From Eledone cirrhosa (lineage: Eukaryota), in assembly GCA_964016885.1 (NCBI GenBank), contig OZ024740.1, positions 172,174,001-172,238,000 of the forward strand: 64,000 bases of DNA, read 5' to 3'. Position 1 is the stretch's first letter. Each line of letters opens with the position of its first letter. A program made the translations under genes and the position numbers. Below are positions 13,721 through 29,500 of the stretch, one piece after another. The notes under the pieces were generated by a model that saw only the letters and a list, made by a program, of their open reading frames with translations, was not told the origin of the DNA and did no database searches.

Positions 13721-14129
13721 ATTGGTAAAAGGAAAAGAAAATGCTGACAAATTGTTCCCAGTGAAAAATAGTTTAATTAGGAATAAGTAAAAATTAGTAA
13801 TAGTATTGGTTAGTATTCAGTTTTTGTTTTAAGCTTTACCGGTTGCGCATTTCTAATGCTTTTCAAAAATAATTTTGAGATAGAGCGCCCGTGATGTTTG
13901 CTCTAATCTGATTAGAGAAAACATCACGGGCGCTCTATATCAAAATTATTTTTGAAAAGCGCAACCGGTAAAGCTTAAAACAAAAACTGAATACTAACCA
14001 ATACTATTACTAATTTTTACTTATTCCTAATTAAACTATTTTTCACTGGGAACAATTTGTCAGCATTTTCTTTTCCTTTTACCAATATATCATAACTCGG
14101 ATGGCTGAAACAGCTAAAAGAGTAAAAGA

Positions 14130-14130
<1 letters not shown>
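13721..14130. repeat. near-loopless palindrome (13721-14086, centre 13909) plus ~40-nt tail, inserted in (TA)n
   Basis: Arms are reverse complements except an 11-nt indel and a few mismatches; absent from the paralogous site at ~12510. Confidence 0.9.
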
Positions 14131-14171
<41 letters not shown>

Positions 14172-14564
14172 ACACACATATATATATATATTACGACCGT
14201 AATAGAGACATAATTGAAGATATTCGTCTCAGATAAAATTGCTGGCCTTGTGCCTATATAAGAAACCATTATTAATGTTGCTGTTGTTTATGTTGTTGTT
14301 GCTGCTTCTGCTGCCACATTTGTCACTGATTTTTACAATTTCGTTTTTCTGTTCTGCTGATAGCTAACTCTTCCTTTCAGCAATCGAACATTCTCCGCCC
14401 GCCATCTTTCTTTTTTAACGAAAATAAAAGGATGTGTTTGCTAAACAAACCCAGGTTTACCCCATAAGAGCAACAAATGGAAAGAAACTAACCAGCTCTC
14501 TGAGTTCATGGTTAGTTTATCTATAAAACGGTAATAAATATATAACTCTGTGTAAGACTAGAAA

Positions 14565-14753
14565 TAATTGTTTCTACTTTAGGCACAAGGCCAGCAATTA
14601 ACCAGTACATTACTGGTACTTTATTTTATCGACCCCGTAAGGATGAAAGGCAAAGTCAACCTCGGCGGGATTTGAACTCAGATTGTAAAGGGACGTAACT
14701 ATGCTGGAAAGCATGGCGTCCGACCCTCTACCGATACTGCCAATCCACCGCCC
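14565..14753 (-). mobile_element. SINE family A copy
   Basis: Full reverse complement of the consensus. Confidence 0.85.
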
Positions 14754-14822
14754 TTGTAAGACTAGAAATAATAACAAACTTTCGGGAGCGATGTGCAACA
14801 CGTGTCTACAAACAAATGAACA

Positions 14823-14857
<35 letters not shown>

Positions 14858-15324
14858 ATGATGATGAGGATGATAATAATATTAATAATAATGATAATAA
14901 TAATGTTGTGGATACTACTACTGCTGCTGATGAAGATGATGATGACGATCTTTCACTATTATTGCTACTTATGTTATTGTTATTGCTGCTGTTCTTATCA
15001 TTGTTGTTGCTGTGGTTGTTGTTGTCTTCGTTCTTATGATAAAATTCTTTGTTACGGACGAATGATGATGCGCTTGAGACGTGAGTCACGAATAACTATT
15101 ATTTTGGCCAGACACGCTCTGCTAGGTAACCATAAGCTGGCCTATTTTATGCTGAAGGTGTAATTATCATCATCATCATCATCATCATCATAATCTCCCT
15201 CATCGTCGACGTCAATGCCATCATCGTCGTCGTCATTATCATCATTGTCATAATGTTTGTTTTCTATAGATAGATAGATAAATAAAGAAAGAAAGAGTGA
15301 TTGGCATATATATATATATATATT

Positions 15325-15379
<55 letters not shown>

Positions 15380-16883
15380 ATATAAGTGTTCGTGTGTGTA
15401 CATATGTATTCGGCTCACAATAGTAAGGTCGTGATTTCGATTCCCGGCAGTGCGTGTGTGCTTGAGCAAGACACCTTTTTTCACGTTGTTCCAGTCCACT
15501 CAGCTGACAAAAATTAGTTGTACCTGTAATTTGTTTAAATCATAAGAATGAACTGTTGAACATCGACTTATATGCAACTAATTAATGATAAGATAATTTT
15601 CTACATGATGGACCTTGCGACGATTTCAACGATGAGACCTCTGATGTTCGATCACCTGAAAGCTCAGCTGGTTAAGTCCACGTGTAAGTATTACCCCAGA
15701 ATCTGTGTGACACAATGTATGATAGAGATGAACTCTTGAATTACAGGTACAATCCGTTCAACGGGTTCAACAAAATTTCCGTCTACCCAATTTACCTCAT
15801 AAAGCCTAGGCCAACTCGAGGTTATAGTAGATATCACATGGTGGAATTGAACCCGATGGTTTTATATACCTTGTTTGCAGAAGTCTACAAGTATCATGCT
15901 CAAACGTCTGCTATCTATGTTCCTAGAACAAGGGCAAGTAAACCTTCTAGATTTAGGTGTCCATTCCATAGGAACAATAAAACTATTCAGTGGATATGAA
16001 TTCACAAACCCTGAAGTTATTATTATTAAAATACCAAGTAAATGACACTAAGCGAGTAAGATGGGGTGGGCGGACGCATATTCTCGGTTTAATATGTGTC
16101 ATGTTTATAATTCTTTCAGTTTGACTCTCGTAATATTGGACCCGAGATTTCTTTCTTAAACAATACCAAAGCATAATATTCTGAAGATTCAAGTACAGTG
16201 TATCTTGTCTTCTTACAAATATTGCCAAAACAAAAATACATATTATATCATATAACATTTTGATTTCAATACAAATTCAAATTTATGAGTAAATTGAGAA
16301 CTACCGTAGAAGGATTACTCTATTCAAAATATGTGAATAGAAAACACAAAATATGTAGTAAATTGTCTGGAACATGAATACTAATAGAATTAATATTCAT
16401 ATGAAATACATATAGTTATGAAAATAGGTAATTAGTTTCTACTTGTCTTGTTAAATGATAGCATATATCATGAAAGACAATGGTAATGAAATAAAATATA
16501 TTTTGTAATTTCTAACCAGGATGTGCATTGTAATCTATTGCTATGTGAACATCTCAAAACGTTTACTAGAGGAAAGATCTTTATATGTTCACTCGACTTG
16601 TTAAGAATAGTCGCCAAATTTCCTATAAAGCACGCTCCTACCACCTTAAAAAGAATGAAAAGCCACATTAGATAATATAGACGTAAATATACTATGTTTG
16701 AAAAAAAACAAACAAAGACTGATGTTATGTGCTTGACAGACTGACGTCGCATTTTTGGCATGATAAATATATTTATTTTTTTAAAGAATAATTTATTTAT
16801 TCATTTTAACTAGAAATACGGGAACAATACATCACATAAAGATGTAAATCTACTCTCCGTCTATCTGACAGTGTCTCTCTCTC

Positions 16884-17003
<120 letters not shown>

Positions 17004-17559
17004 CAAAAATACGGGTGGGTATATTCGAGATTCTTTTTTTATTTATTTATTTTACATATACATTCATCTGAATTAAGTAACTGGATGTTACTGGAAAACT
17101 TCAGTTTACAAAATGTCGACTTTTTCTGTGTTGTCGCTATATCAGCAGTATCCTCTTCTTGCCAGAGAGACACACTATTGTCTATGCATAAATGTATCTG
17201 TTGAGAAGAACACATTAAAACATAGAAAGTGTAGTTACATAAGAATGTAGTGTAGGGTGTTGAGAGAAGGTCATAATGACATGTTCTCCATAATGTTTAC
17301 TTGTAATAATGTTGCTTTCAATCATACGTTCATATAAATGGATTATTCAAATTCTTGTTCAACTGCAGAGTTGTTTGGCCTTATTTAAATTTTCCAATGA
17401 CATTACAACATGCCCCTTTTTGAAGATTGAATTATTAATTATCACTGCTTTGTTTTGTATTAATTCACTTCCATTTTCACACTTTTATTTTTAACTTGAA
17501 TTACACTGGCTTTTCTAAATGTTAAATGATATTGAATCTAATGATGATGATGATGATGA

Positions 17560-17855
17560 TTGCTTTATTGGCCACTAGGGCCAAAAATGTGGACAATATA
17601 AAGGACAAGGACAGTGTGGATTTACATATAAAACCGTGTAAAAAAAACAGCTAATAAATAACAATAAACAACGAAAAGTTCATAACAAACAGAAATCCCC
17701 AATATGGAAGTGCACCACCCAGGGCTTATTTCGGAACACCACATGTCCAAAACAACCCTCAGTAACCATGGCACCATAGGAATGTGCCTCTTCTTCTCGC
17801 TTCACTCTTCAACCTATAGGTGCATACTCAGAGTAAACTTACTCAGATGGGCCTA
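17560..17855 (-). mobile_element. probable 3' end of a Tx1-like LINE next to (ATG)n
   Basis: Minus strand loosely resembles 29970-30213 and ends in AATAAAG. Confidence 0.35.
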
Positions 17856-18399
17856 ATTTAAAAGGAATATCCTTAGGTTTTGTTTGAAAGGCAAACTACT
17901 GTGAAAACGATCCCAAGGCCATCACAACTACAAACCTCCACTACCACTACCACCATCACCACCAGCAACAACACCACCATCACCGCCACCACTACATATT
18001 TTACTACCAGAGTTAAATGGTTCACCGAGTGTCGTTAGCAAATGGAATAGAAAGGGAACTGAAAAAAAAAGAAAGAGAAACAAAATTGGGATTTAAAAAC
18101 ACGAAATAACTTAATTTCAATGGAGCAAAAAGGACAATATGTGCGCTTTATATGCCGTTAAGAGAATGCTACCCCTTCCCATAGACTTAGGCCAGGGCTG
18201 GTGAAGGCGAAAACATTCAACAAAGCGAAATGTAAAGCAAGGTAACAAAACTGTAACAGGTGTAATATGTGTTATAATTGTTGTCTTATTTAGCCCCTGG
18301 TTAGTTCTGATCGATCCTGACTAGCAGCGGATTAAGGAGTCCCACTATATTTAAAGGACCCCAATTTATTATTACTTCTTTCTTTGTTGTTATAAACTC

Positions 18400-18702
18400 A
18401 GTGTACCCTCGGCATTCGCGGTCCAGGTTATTCACGGATCTTAAATATCTTCCGCGATTTTTTTAATGATTTTTTTCGTGGCATTATATATATATTTTAA
18501 CACTAAATTATTAATAACAATATACCATACTTGCCGGCCTATTGGACGCCCCTTCATATAAGACGTTCCCACTTCTTTTATATTTTACATTATATTTTGA
18601 CTTTTATAGGCATTTTTATGTACCCCATCCAATATTCGCGGTTTTTCAATCTTTACGTGTGCTCTACGAACGTAACCCCCGTGAATAACGGGGACAACTG
18701 TA
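18400..18702. mobile_element. pogo/Tigger-like MITE followed by a 30-bp tandem duplication
   Basis: CAGTGTACCCTCG...ATTCGCGG / CCGTGAATAACGGGGACAACTG-TA termini; GACAACTGTACTTCAATATGTAACAGCCAA present twice. Confidence 0.5.
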
Positions 18703-20894
18703 CTTCAATATGTAACAGCCAAGACAACTGTACTTCAATATGTAACAGCCAAGAGCTTCATGCAAGCTTAATCCGTCCTTGTTATTTTTTACAATTTTTT
18801 TACTGGGTATAGTGTATCTATGTAGATTCACGCATGGCTGGGTGGGGAAGTGCCTTACCTCACAATCACGAATCCCTGAGGTTGATCCCAATGTGTGACA
18901 GCTTATACACGTATCGTTATCATAGTCTTGTGAGTGAAATTGGGTAGATAGAAACTGTGTGGAAATCCATCGAGTACATGGTCTCTAAAAATCAAAGATG
19001 CAAATTCGTTAAATATTGCATCATGCTGATTCGGATTGAGAATTATGTTAAGAATACACGTGTCTGGAATACTCAACCACTTACACTTTAATCCAACCGA
19101 ATGCTCATCGACGAAATTGACGGCGGATAAACATTATCCTTTAGCGTATGATTTAAATGAAATTTAATTTGGCTGCTATTTTTGGCTAGTCAAGCAACCA
19201 GGAAGAGGTGTAACGTTCTGAAAGCATGAGTGAAGAAACTTCAAAATAATTGTAAATATAGTCAGCAAAGGGCCTCGTTTGCCTTACAAATGTGAGGGGG
19301 ACAAATCAAAATTTGTTGATTCTTAAAGGAGCATTAATTGCTTATGACACTTTTCCCGAACCCTATCACAAGTAACATTTTACACTAATTAAATTTTATA
19401 TTTCCAAATGAAGTTCAGATATAAAAAAATAAGCTTGAAAAGAATTTATTATATCAAATAAACAAAAAATAAAACAGACGTTTGAAAAGGGGGGCGGGGC
19501 TTGTCCCCTGGTACCCCCCTAAAACAAGGCCCTTGATTGTCAGCGTGCTAAACTACTTAGGACCGAGTAACATAGGGAGGTGGCGGGATATATCAACGTA
19601 CTGGTAATTTGCTTGTGAATTGAAGACATCGGTTGCTTTTGTTGATAAACAGGGAGGTACGTTACTATTTTCTTGTCAAGAAAAGAAATTTAAGCGGAGG
19701 TGTATATATACATACATACATACGTATATATATATATATGTTTATATATATATATATATTTCTCTCTCTATCTCTCTCTCTATATATATATATATATATT
19801 TACAAATAAGATGAAAGCACGAACGAGAGGGGGGGGGGGGATTTCCCTTCATCAGTTGTCTTCTGAGAGAGAGAAAGAGAGAGAGAGAGCGAGAGAGATG
19901 TAAAAACCCGACTACTGCGCCAAGCGGTTTCGGCTTGTGTGATCAGCAAGCCTTTCCGGTGGTGTAGTGATATTTACAGGGAGTATAAAAATAGGTCACT
20001 AGTCTAGGAAATGTTTTGGTCGAATTTATCATAGTAAAGTGTGTGTGCGTGTGTGTGTGTGTGGGGGGGGGGGAGAGAGAATGGTAAGTGTATCTGAACA
20101 GGTAAGGGGTTAGGAGAAGGAAGAAGTGTGGGTGGGGGTAGGGTGGTTAGTGAGTACAAGTGGAGCAGGAGAAGGAGTATAATGGTAATATGAATAGGGA
20201 TGGAGGGACTGAGGGCCAAGACTATGTATAGACAGGGCTTAGAGTTTGAAGGAGTATTTTTAAGAAGAGAACAAAATAAAAAGTGGATTATAAAGAAGTA
20301 AATGAGAAATGAGTTAGATAAATTAGTATGTAGGTGTGTGAATAGGATAAAATAAGATCAAATAAATTTTAAGGATTTAAAAATAGATAATAAAGTGGAT
20401 AATATGGTGGTAACTTGTGATAAAGTACTGCATTCACACAAACACACACGGGTATACTGGGGAGTTTTAAAAGGCCTTATATGGAAATGCATGAGTGAAT
20501 AAATCAATTATTAGTTTAATGAAAGGAATGAGGTGAGTGAGATGAGGTAAAATTTAGAAAGTTAATAAATGTGTTGGTGGGTAGATTAGTGGGTAAAGTA
20601 TGTCAATTACATACACTGGGTGGGTAGATGTGTGGATAGAGTATGTACACACAAGCACAAACGCATTCATACATGCACACATACATACCCCTTGTACACA
20701 AATACACATACATACACACACATACATGCGAATTCACATACATATCACATACAGTCATGTACATACATATACATATTTTTATATATATACACACACACAC
20801 ACACACGCACACACACACATATATATATATACACATATGCATATGCTCATTCACCCAGGCCCATGCATGTCCATATGATGAGAGGTGGTGGTAA

Positions 20895-21760
20895 AATTGT
20901 GCTCTGAATATCAAATTAGAGAAACTTGGTCCTCTCTTTCTGTTAATCTGTCAGAACCAGTCAATGACTTCAGTCGTGTTAATCCCGAGGTTAAGGCGGG
21001 AATGTACCCTTAATCCTAGGTATAATACGGTCCAGCAATTGCTTGCTAATTCGTCCTATGTCCAATTTGTTGGGGTTGATGAGACATATAGTCGGGTTAC
21101 GGTTGAAGTCATACTTATGGTCCTTCAGGGTGAAGTGTGGTTCCTGTGGGCTAAGGGGTTCGGTGCAGTCTTGGATTTGGAGGTCCGAGGTAATCCACTG
21201 GCCCATTTTATTGATCGTGTTGATGGTTGAGTGGTTAGTGTTTCTGTAATTAGAAGTGAGGCTGTTGTAGATGAAACGGCGGTAGCGTTCATTTACATGA
21301 TCAATGAGTTACAGATTGTTCGTTTTATCTGAGTGTACCAGGAGGTCATTCGTGTTCTTGAGTTCTTTGATGAATTGTCGGAGTTTCCTCTGGAACTCAT
21401 TTGGGCGCCTTTTGAATTTAATACTCCTGATCAAAGAGAAGAGCTCTGCTTCAATGTCAGCCAGTAATGGGTTGGCTGGTGGGGTTGATGTGGATTTGAA
21501 TCAATAAGTCTCTCTCTCTCTCTCTCTCTCTGTTGAAGGTTGTCGCGCTGCTGATTGTGTTAGTCGAAGAAGAAAGCACGCCATCTTAGTTTTTTATGAA
21601 GATATCAGTTTTCTGTAACAGGAGTCTGAGGTATACATTCCTGGTAGATGCGGGTATGTTATTGGTGGAAAAAGCAATGGTCTTCTTCTAAATTATGGTG
21701 GGTAGGTGATCACTGAGTAGTTGGTGCCACGGTCGAGATTTTACACATCTCTATACACAC
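20895..21760 (-). pseudogene. decayed Penelope-like (Naiad-type) RT N-terminal fragment
   Basis: RWRAFFF, TLKDHK..NPTICLINPNKLDIGRISKQLLDRI and KFLxFDI are homologous to the 46637-47548 ORF. Confidence 0.8.
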
Positions 21761-21823
21761 TCTGCATCTTCCCATGCAATGATTACTCCCATGATTAGAG
21801 GTCTCTCAGGTCGCAGCCCCGCA

Positions 21824-21935
<112 letters not shown>

Positions 21936-22113
21936 TCTTCTTGGTTGTCCATCGTGAACAATGATGACATCTTCTTTATTTTAGTTTCCGTCTGCCGTGG
22001 GCACGAAAGTGGCTGTGGAGGCCGATCCTTTACTTGCAGGATATATATATTTAAAAGGGAACAAAATCGAGTGGTCCTCTTGGCACACCGCCTACGGACG
22101 CAATTATTTTGCA

Positions 22114-22670
<557 letters not shown>

Positions 22671-22711
22671 GTAAGTGCCATACTAAGAGTGAGAAATGAA
22701 ATTTCGTTTTC

Positions 22712-23410
<699 letters not shown>

Positions 23411-23424
23411 ATAGATGTATAGTT

Positions 23425-23870
23425 TGATTCTGTTTCAAGACGCTCGAGGATGTCCTGATATATCTGCATGCGCCGCTCCTTCAGGTCATCGTTCAGTAGG
23501 TTCGGCACCATCGCCGAGAAAATCTTCCGCATGCACAAATCTTAGGTAATAATCTCCCAAACGCTGTCGCGGTTCACGCCCAGCTCACTTACGATTAGTC
23601 GAACAGTCAGCCGACGATCGCCACGTACCATGTGCCTCACGCGTTTAACGTTGGCCTCAGTTGCACTCGCTGAAGGCCTTCTGTCTGTGGGGTCATCCAC
23701 CACCTCCTTGTGTCCCTCTTTGCAAATTTTGTGCCTCTCGAAAGCCCGCGAGTGCGACATCTTCTCAACTCCGTACATTTGCTGCGAGTGTTTCTGACGG
23801 AGTTTTTCCCGGCCGGACCAGAAATTTCAGGTTGGTTCGTTGTTCTGTGCCCAGCGCTCGATGGCCTAAA
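23425..23870 (-). pseudogene. mariner-family transposase N-terminal (HTH) fragment
   Basis: EGHKEVVDD..RRPS...VRGDRRLTVRLIVSELGV..SVWEIIT*DLCMRKI...VPNLLNDDLKERR. Confidence 0.8.
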
Positions 23871-24287
23871 ATTGAGGAGTTGTTAACAAAAGCATGTTAA
23901 AAAACATACAATGGCTGCAGAGAGCTGAGATCGTAGTTATATACTCCCGGATATTACGTTACACGGTGATGCAACCCGTTCATCCCTACCTCACTCATAG
24001 CTCACACAACACACTGGTCTGTTATCTGACTGCATATTTGTAGAAACATTAGTCTCTTGTTCTTTTCTTTTTCAGCGCTTTCTCGCTTTCCGTTTCCCTC
24101 TCTTGATATTTAACTCGGCCGCAACCTATCATTTTCGGTTGTTGTTGAATAGAATGAGTTGCGGTATTTGTTTCGGCTCCCTGCGCTCTGAATCCAATTC
24201 CTACTAAGATCAAACTTGCCCCTATAAAAAAGGTACTAGTCCTTTGCTGGCGCAGCCCCCCCCCCTCACTCTGATTTTCTGTCTTAC

Positions 24288-24382
<95 letters not shown>

Positions 24383-24618
24383 CTATCCATCCTAGCTGTC
24401 GTCTGTTCGATAGCGTAGACGTAATTCACTTCGCGCAGAAGTTTTGTTCCAATTTATTGCGGAAATTTTGTAAGTTTAATTTTAATTTTGATACTATTGT
24501 GTAGCTTGATCCCCCGTCTGAACTGTCAGGCGGTGGGTCAGCTCATTTTCGCCCCTCCCAGGGTGAAAAACCTGTTTTTAAAAATTTTGTTGCATAAAAT
24601 TTCAATCGTCTGGGAGAA

Positions 24619-26534
24619 ATGTTAAACGAAGCTAACGAAAATAGTGGTGGGGGGACAGCGGTAAGAGTTGTAAGCTCGCACGCTTTAGTCCCCCATTCCT
24701 TCCCAACTAACGTCATAGAGAAGGAAAGAAAAAATAAAATAAAAACAGACGAATGTGCGGAGAAAAATGTCGACGAAAACACAAATCTGGAGATTGATTC
24801 CAACAAAAAAAAAAAAAAAATATGAAAGAATTGCATGACAATATTAATACCACAAACAAAGAAGCAACAAACACAAAAATAACATTTGAAAACAACAACA
24901 TCATAACAGAAAGCAAAACAGACGACAAAGTCAACACCAATAACATCTCATTTGCACAAACAACAAAATAATCTTTAACATACATACCTGAAAATATTTC
25001 AGATGTAGCACAAAGAATAAAAAACGCCAAACAATTCATAACCCAAAGGTAAAATGGAGCCTTGTCAGTAAAAATGCCCCAAGAACTCACCAAAGATATT
25101 GAAAGTCGGACGGTCGTTTTCCGCACCATCAACAACATCTCAAAAAAGCCACAACAACCAACACAAGCAGAAATTAAAGCGGTACTTAGAGAAGTACTTA
25201 ATGAAGCCACTTTCATAAGAAGAGACAGGCTCTATGGAAGCCTGGCCATTATTATGAAGAACGAATCGGCGGCAAAAAAATATGCTTTGTCGCCGATTCG
25301 TTCGACAAATTTTACCTTTTATCCATCTTATATGGGTAAAAGAACTCAGCGCATATGGCTGGATGCGATAATGCCAGATATGGACCACTGCTGGCTCATA
25401 GCTGGCTTCATCGATCCAGCGAATGACAACGTGATTTCCATTGGGAAAACCACAGGCAATGCGTTCAGTGGAACAGGTATAGAACTTGTAGTGCAAATGA
25501 AGCCTGAACGCATTGCCCAAATACCCGACAGAATCCTATTAGAGGGCCACGGGTATATAAACATTAGCGTGGAGGGGAGAAGGCCGTCCTGTCATATCTG
25601 TGCAGGCAGAGGGCACCTGAAGGCGGCTTGTCCCCAACTCAACAAGAAGAAAACCCTGCTACCAACACCAGCTCCACCACCACCACAACAGATAAACAAA
25701 CAACAAAACTCAGTCCCACCCAACCCGTCCCTCAGTAAAACTACACCACCACCACAGCACAAACAGACACAACACATTACCCCAAAACAAAACACAGTCC
25801 CACCCAACCCCTCACTCAATAAAACAACACAACCACCGCAGCCACAACACACAACACAGTCTAACATAGTGACATCCATCTCCCCCACAAAGAAAACTAA
25901 CACGGAAACATTACCACCAAACATACCTCTTCCCTCCAACACTGAAGATAACCCAACGAATTCGGAGGAAGAAACGGAGTCCTTCAGAGAGATTAAAAGG
26001 AAAAAAAGAAAACATGTGCAAAACACACAAGGCCAAACAGCCCCTACCCAAATGTCAACACAATCCAACAAAACACAAAACACCCCTCCAGCAACAAACA
26101 AAACCAAACCTACCCCTCCCCTCTTCGAAACACTCACACCATCCGAAAAAAAGACATTGCACTATACTTACATCAACAGAAACAATAATAAATTAAATGA
26201 ACTCATAAACAATAACCCTTCGGTACAAACCGGAGGGGTAAACTTTGTTTCTTCAGAAAACTACCCACATTTAAAATTAATAAAGATCCCAATGAACCTC
26301 TACCAAAAACTAAAAAAGGATTTTAAGGAGGACGTAGGACCACCCTCTGTCAAACCCATAAACCGCGTCCTCTTAAAAAGCTTTCCCCCTCCCCTTCCCC
26401 TCCCCAACACAACTCCAAACACCCCAACCCCACCACACTCTGACGACCCCACACCACCACAAGACACCCCTTCACCCAACACCCCCGACCCCATGGAAGT
26501 CGTGCGACCCGAACCCCGGGAAGCAGAAAGGTAG
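24619..26534 (+). pseudogene. LINE ORF1 (gag-like) with zinc knuckle; disrupted near the 5' end, open from 25062
   Basis: CHICAGRGHLKAAC (CX2CX4HX4C) and Pro/Thr/Gln-rich tail; probable frameshift in the A-run at ~24805-24820 and a stop at ~25050. Confidence 0.8.
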
Positions 26535-26567
26535 GTCTCTACACTCTCCTTTGGCTTTGCCGCTCAC

Positions 26568-29500
26568 ATGGATGTGTTAAGAGTAGGATGTTTGAATGCA
26601 CGTGGCCTGGGCTCAACTTGGAAGCAAGCAAAGCTTCTAAATGACCTCAGGTCACGTGGTATAAATGTAATGGTTATCTGTGAGACTCAGATCAGCGTCG
26701 TGCGGCAGCTGGCCCCTACCTTCGATGACTCTGAGGTGCACGCATCTCTCTGTCAACCTGGAGGTGGGGTTGGGGTTGTCGTACTGCTGGAAAAACACCT
26801 GGGTCTCGCCGTACAGGTTGTTCACTCGGACCCGGAAGGTCGTTTGTTGGTGCTAGACGTTGGCAGTAGTGGAGGTGCAGCCTTGAGACTGGTCGCCGTC
26901 TACTCCCCTTTCGGAGCTGAACGACCCGAATTCTTCCAGCGTTTGGAGACTTTTCTGGGAACGTCGGGTTCCCTGCTTCTAGCGGGGGACTGGAATGACA
27001 TCCTAGATGCACGTTGGGACTATGCAGGAGCATGTCCTAATAGAGGGGGGTGTAACAGCCTCAAGGGGTTACTCGACCGTTTTAACTTGGTCGATAGATA
27101 TCGACTAGATTTTCCAACTGTGCCAACCTGGACTTGGACGAACCATAGTGGTCAATCTAGATCGTACTTAGATAGATTCTTAGTTAGAAGTAAGGATAGG
27201 GACATATTAAGCTGTCCAGAAATGCTCACGGTTGGCTATACAGATCACAAATTAGTGACCTGCGTAGTCAACCTCGAGAGAACACATAGACAGGGTCCCG
27301 GTTACTGGAAACTTAATTTGTCTTTACCGGCAAAAGAGGCTTACAGAGAGCGGATTAGCAGATTAGTTAAGGAGAGGTTGACGGGTGCAATCGTCAACAA
27401 CCGATGGTGGGCATCTCTCAAAAGAGAGATTAGAACAGAATCAATGATGCAAGATGTTAGCTGCCGATAGGAATAGGAACGAGAAAGAATTAACAGGTAA
27501 ATTAGAAGAGGCAATAGAGCGAAGATGTGGCCAGAGTGCTGGCATCGAGGACGGCCTTGAGCCAGTTTTTCGATGCAAAGCACGAAGGCTGCGTCATTCG
27601 AAGTAAAATACCTGCTCTAGGTAATGAGGGGGCCAAAGCCGTTGGCTGGGCCCGCGTGACAGAAGCTAAGAGTGGAAATCGATCCACCATCCGGTCTTTG
27701 CAAGACGAGGATGGACGGGTGATCCGGGAGCCTAAGCAGATGTGCGAGGCCTTTCAAAGGCACTTTGCCCGATTGTTCGGGGGAGGCGAGGCTCCGGGCG
27801 GGGACGTGGATTTCGGTCCATACCTCGACGGCCTGCCGCGTCTCTCGAGCGAAGAAGCAGAGTCCTGCGAGGGACCAATCTCGGCTGATGAGATCGGGGA
27901 TGCGCTGAGCCAATGCAGCAGACGCAAATCTCCAGGTCTCGATGGTATACTTTACGAACTTTATTTAGCAATGCCGGTCTTCTTCTCCGAACTCCTCGAA
28001 GCGGTCTACTGCAATTAGCAGCAGAACGGGAGAATTCCTTGTTCTGTAGCCAAGGGCGTAGTCTCGCTGGTGAGGAAGGACGAGAACAAGGGGGATAGTA
28101 TAAATAATTTTCGGCCCATAACCCTGCTAAACACAGAGTTAAAGATTTTGGCCAAGGTGTTAGCAAAGAGGTTGGCGCTTGTCGTGGGTGGCCTGGTGGA
28201 AGATGCGCAGACATGTACTATCCCATCCAGGTCCATTCACGATAACCTCCACCTCATGCGATACATCATAGAGAGGGTTGGCAACAAACCCGGCTTCGGT
28301 GAGGCCCTGGTCAACTTGGATCAGTCTAAGGCATTCGATAGGGTCGACCATGGTTACCTGGATGCGGTGCTTGCGGCGGCTGGGTTCGGTCCTGTTTTCA
28401 GAGGCTGGATCACTGCCTTACATAGCAACCACATCTGTTCTAGGATCAAGGTGAACGGCTACCTTTCGAAGCCGTTCGAAATCACACGATCCATTCGACA
28501 GGGGTGCCCTCTCTCCTCCTTTCTGTACGTATTGACTCTCGAGCCTTTACTGAGGAAGTTGGAGTTGTTGCAGGGTATCCCCCTGGAACCAGGATTGAGC
28601 AAAGCGGTGTCGGCATACGCCGATGACGTAACAGTAATGGTATCGACCGACTCGGAGATCGAGGCGATCGGTACCTTACTGGAAGAATACGAAAGGTTGT
28701 CAGGAGCGAAACTGAACTGGGAAAAATCCATCGGGCTGCAACTCGGAACGTGGAGAGGCAGACCAATGCCTCCCGACGGTGTCGTCGGACACTGGACGGA
28801 GGGCCCGGTGAAGTTGCTTGGGGTCTGGTTTGGACCGGACCTCCAGGTGGAAAAGAACTGGGGCGAGGTTACGAACAAGGTGTTTGCACTGACCCAGAAA
28901 TGGGCCAAGTGTAAGCTGTCCCTGAAAGGTCGGGCGGAGGTGGCGAACATTTACATAGCGTCCGTCACCTACTACCGCCTGACTGTCGTGCATTGCCCTA
29001 AGGAAACACTCACCACCATGGAACGCATGCTCTTTCAATTTCTTTGGAAGAAGCGCCCTCCTATGGTGAGAAGATCCATCTGCTGCCAACAACCTTCGAA
29101 AGGAGGGCTGGGGATGCCGTGGTTGATGATGCGTAGGCACGCATTAAGGCTACGGCCCCTACAGGTATTCCTCACTGGTCAACCGGTGTGGGCTCCGTTC
29201 GTGAGACGAGCCTTTCCGAGACTCGTCTCGCTCACCGAGCTGCAGTCCTGGGCCAAGCAAAGATCCGGAAAACTGGGCGACTGGCACACTGAGTGTGCCC
29301 AGGCGCTCAGGGCTCTCTGGCAAGCGGACCCGGCCATCGGTGGAGAATCCACCTCGTCATTCTATAGAGGGCTGGTGGCTAGCAGGGGCGATGACACCCT
29401 TGGAGAGTCGCTGGACATGGAAGAGGACGAACTGGCCAGCCTGTTCGGTAGGACTTTTGGCCCGGGACCAATGGACAACTTCCAGAAGTTACTGGCCTGG

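Noticed and set aside
14610-15163. Low-complexity ORFs (poly-S/N/D/L)
   Set aside because: They derive from (AGT)n, (ATG)n and (TTG)n trinucleotide repeats plus SINE sequence.
19911-19969. Hammerhead-like fold on the minus strand downstream of the PLE fragment
   Set aside because: Stem II and GAAA are present, but the core reads CCGGAAA with too many changes to call.
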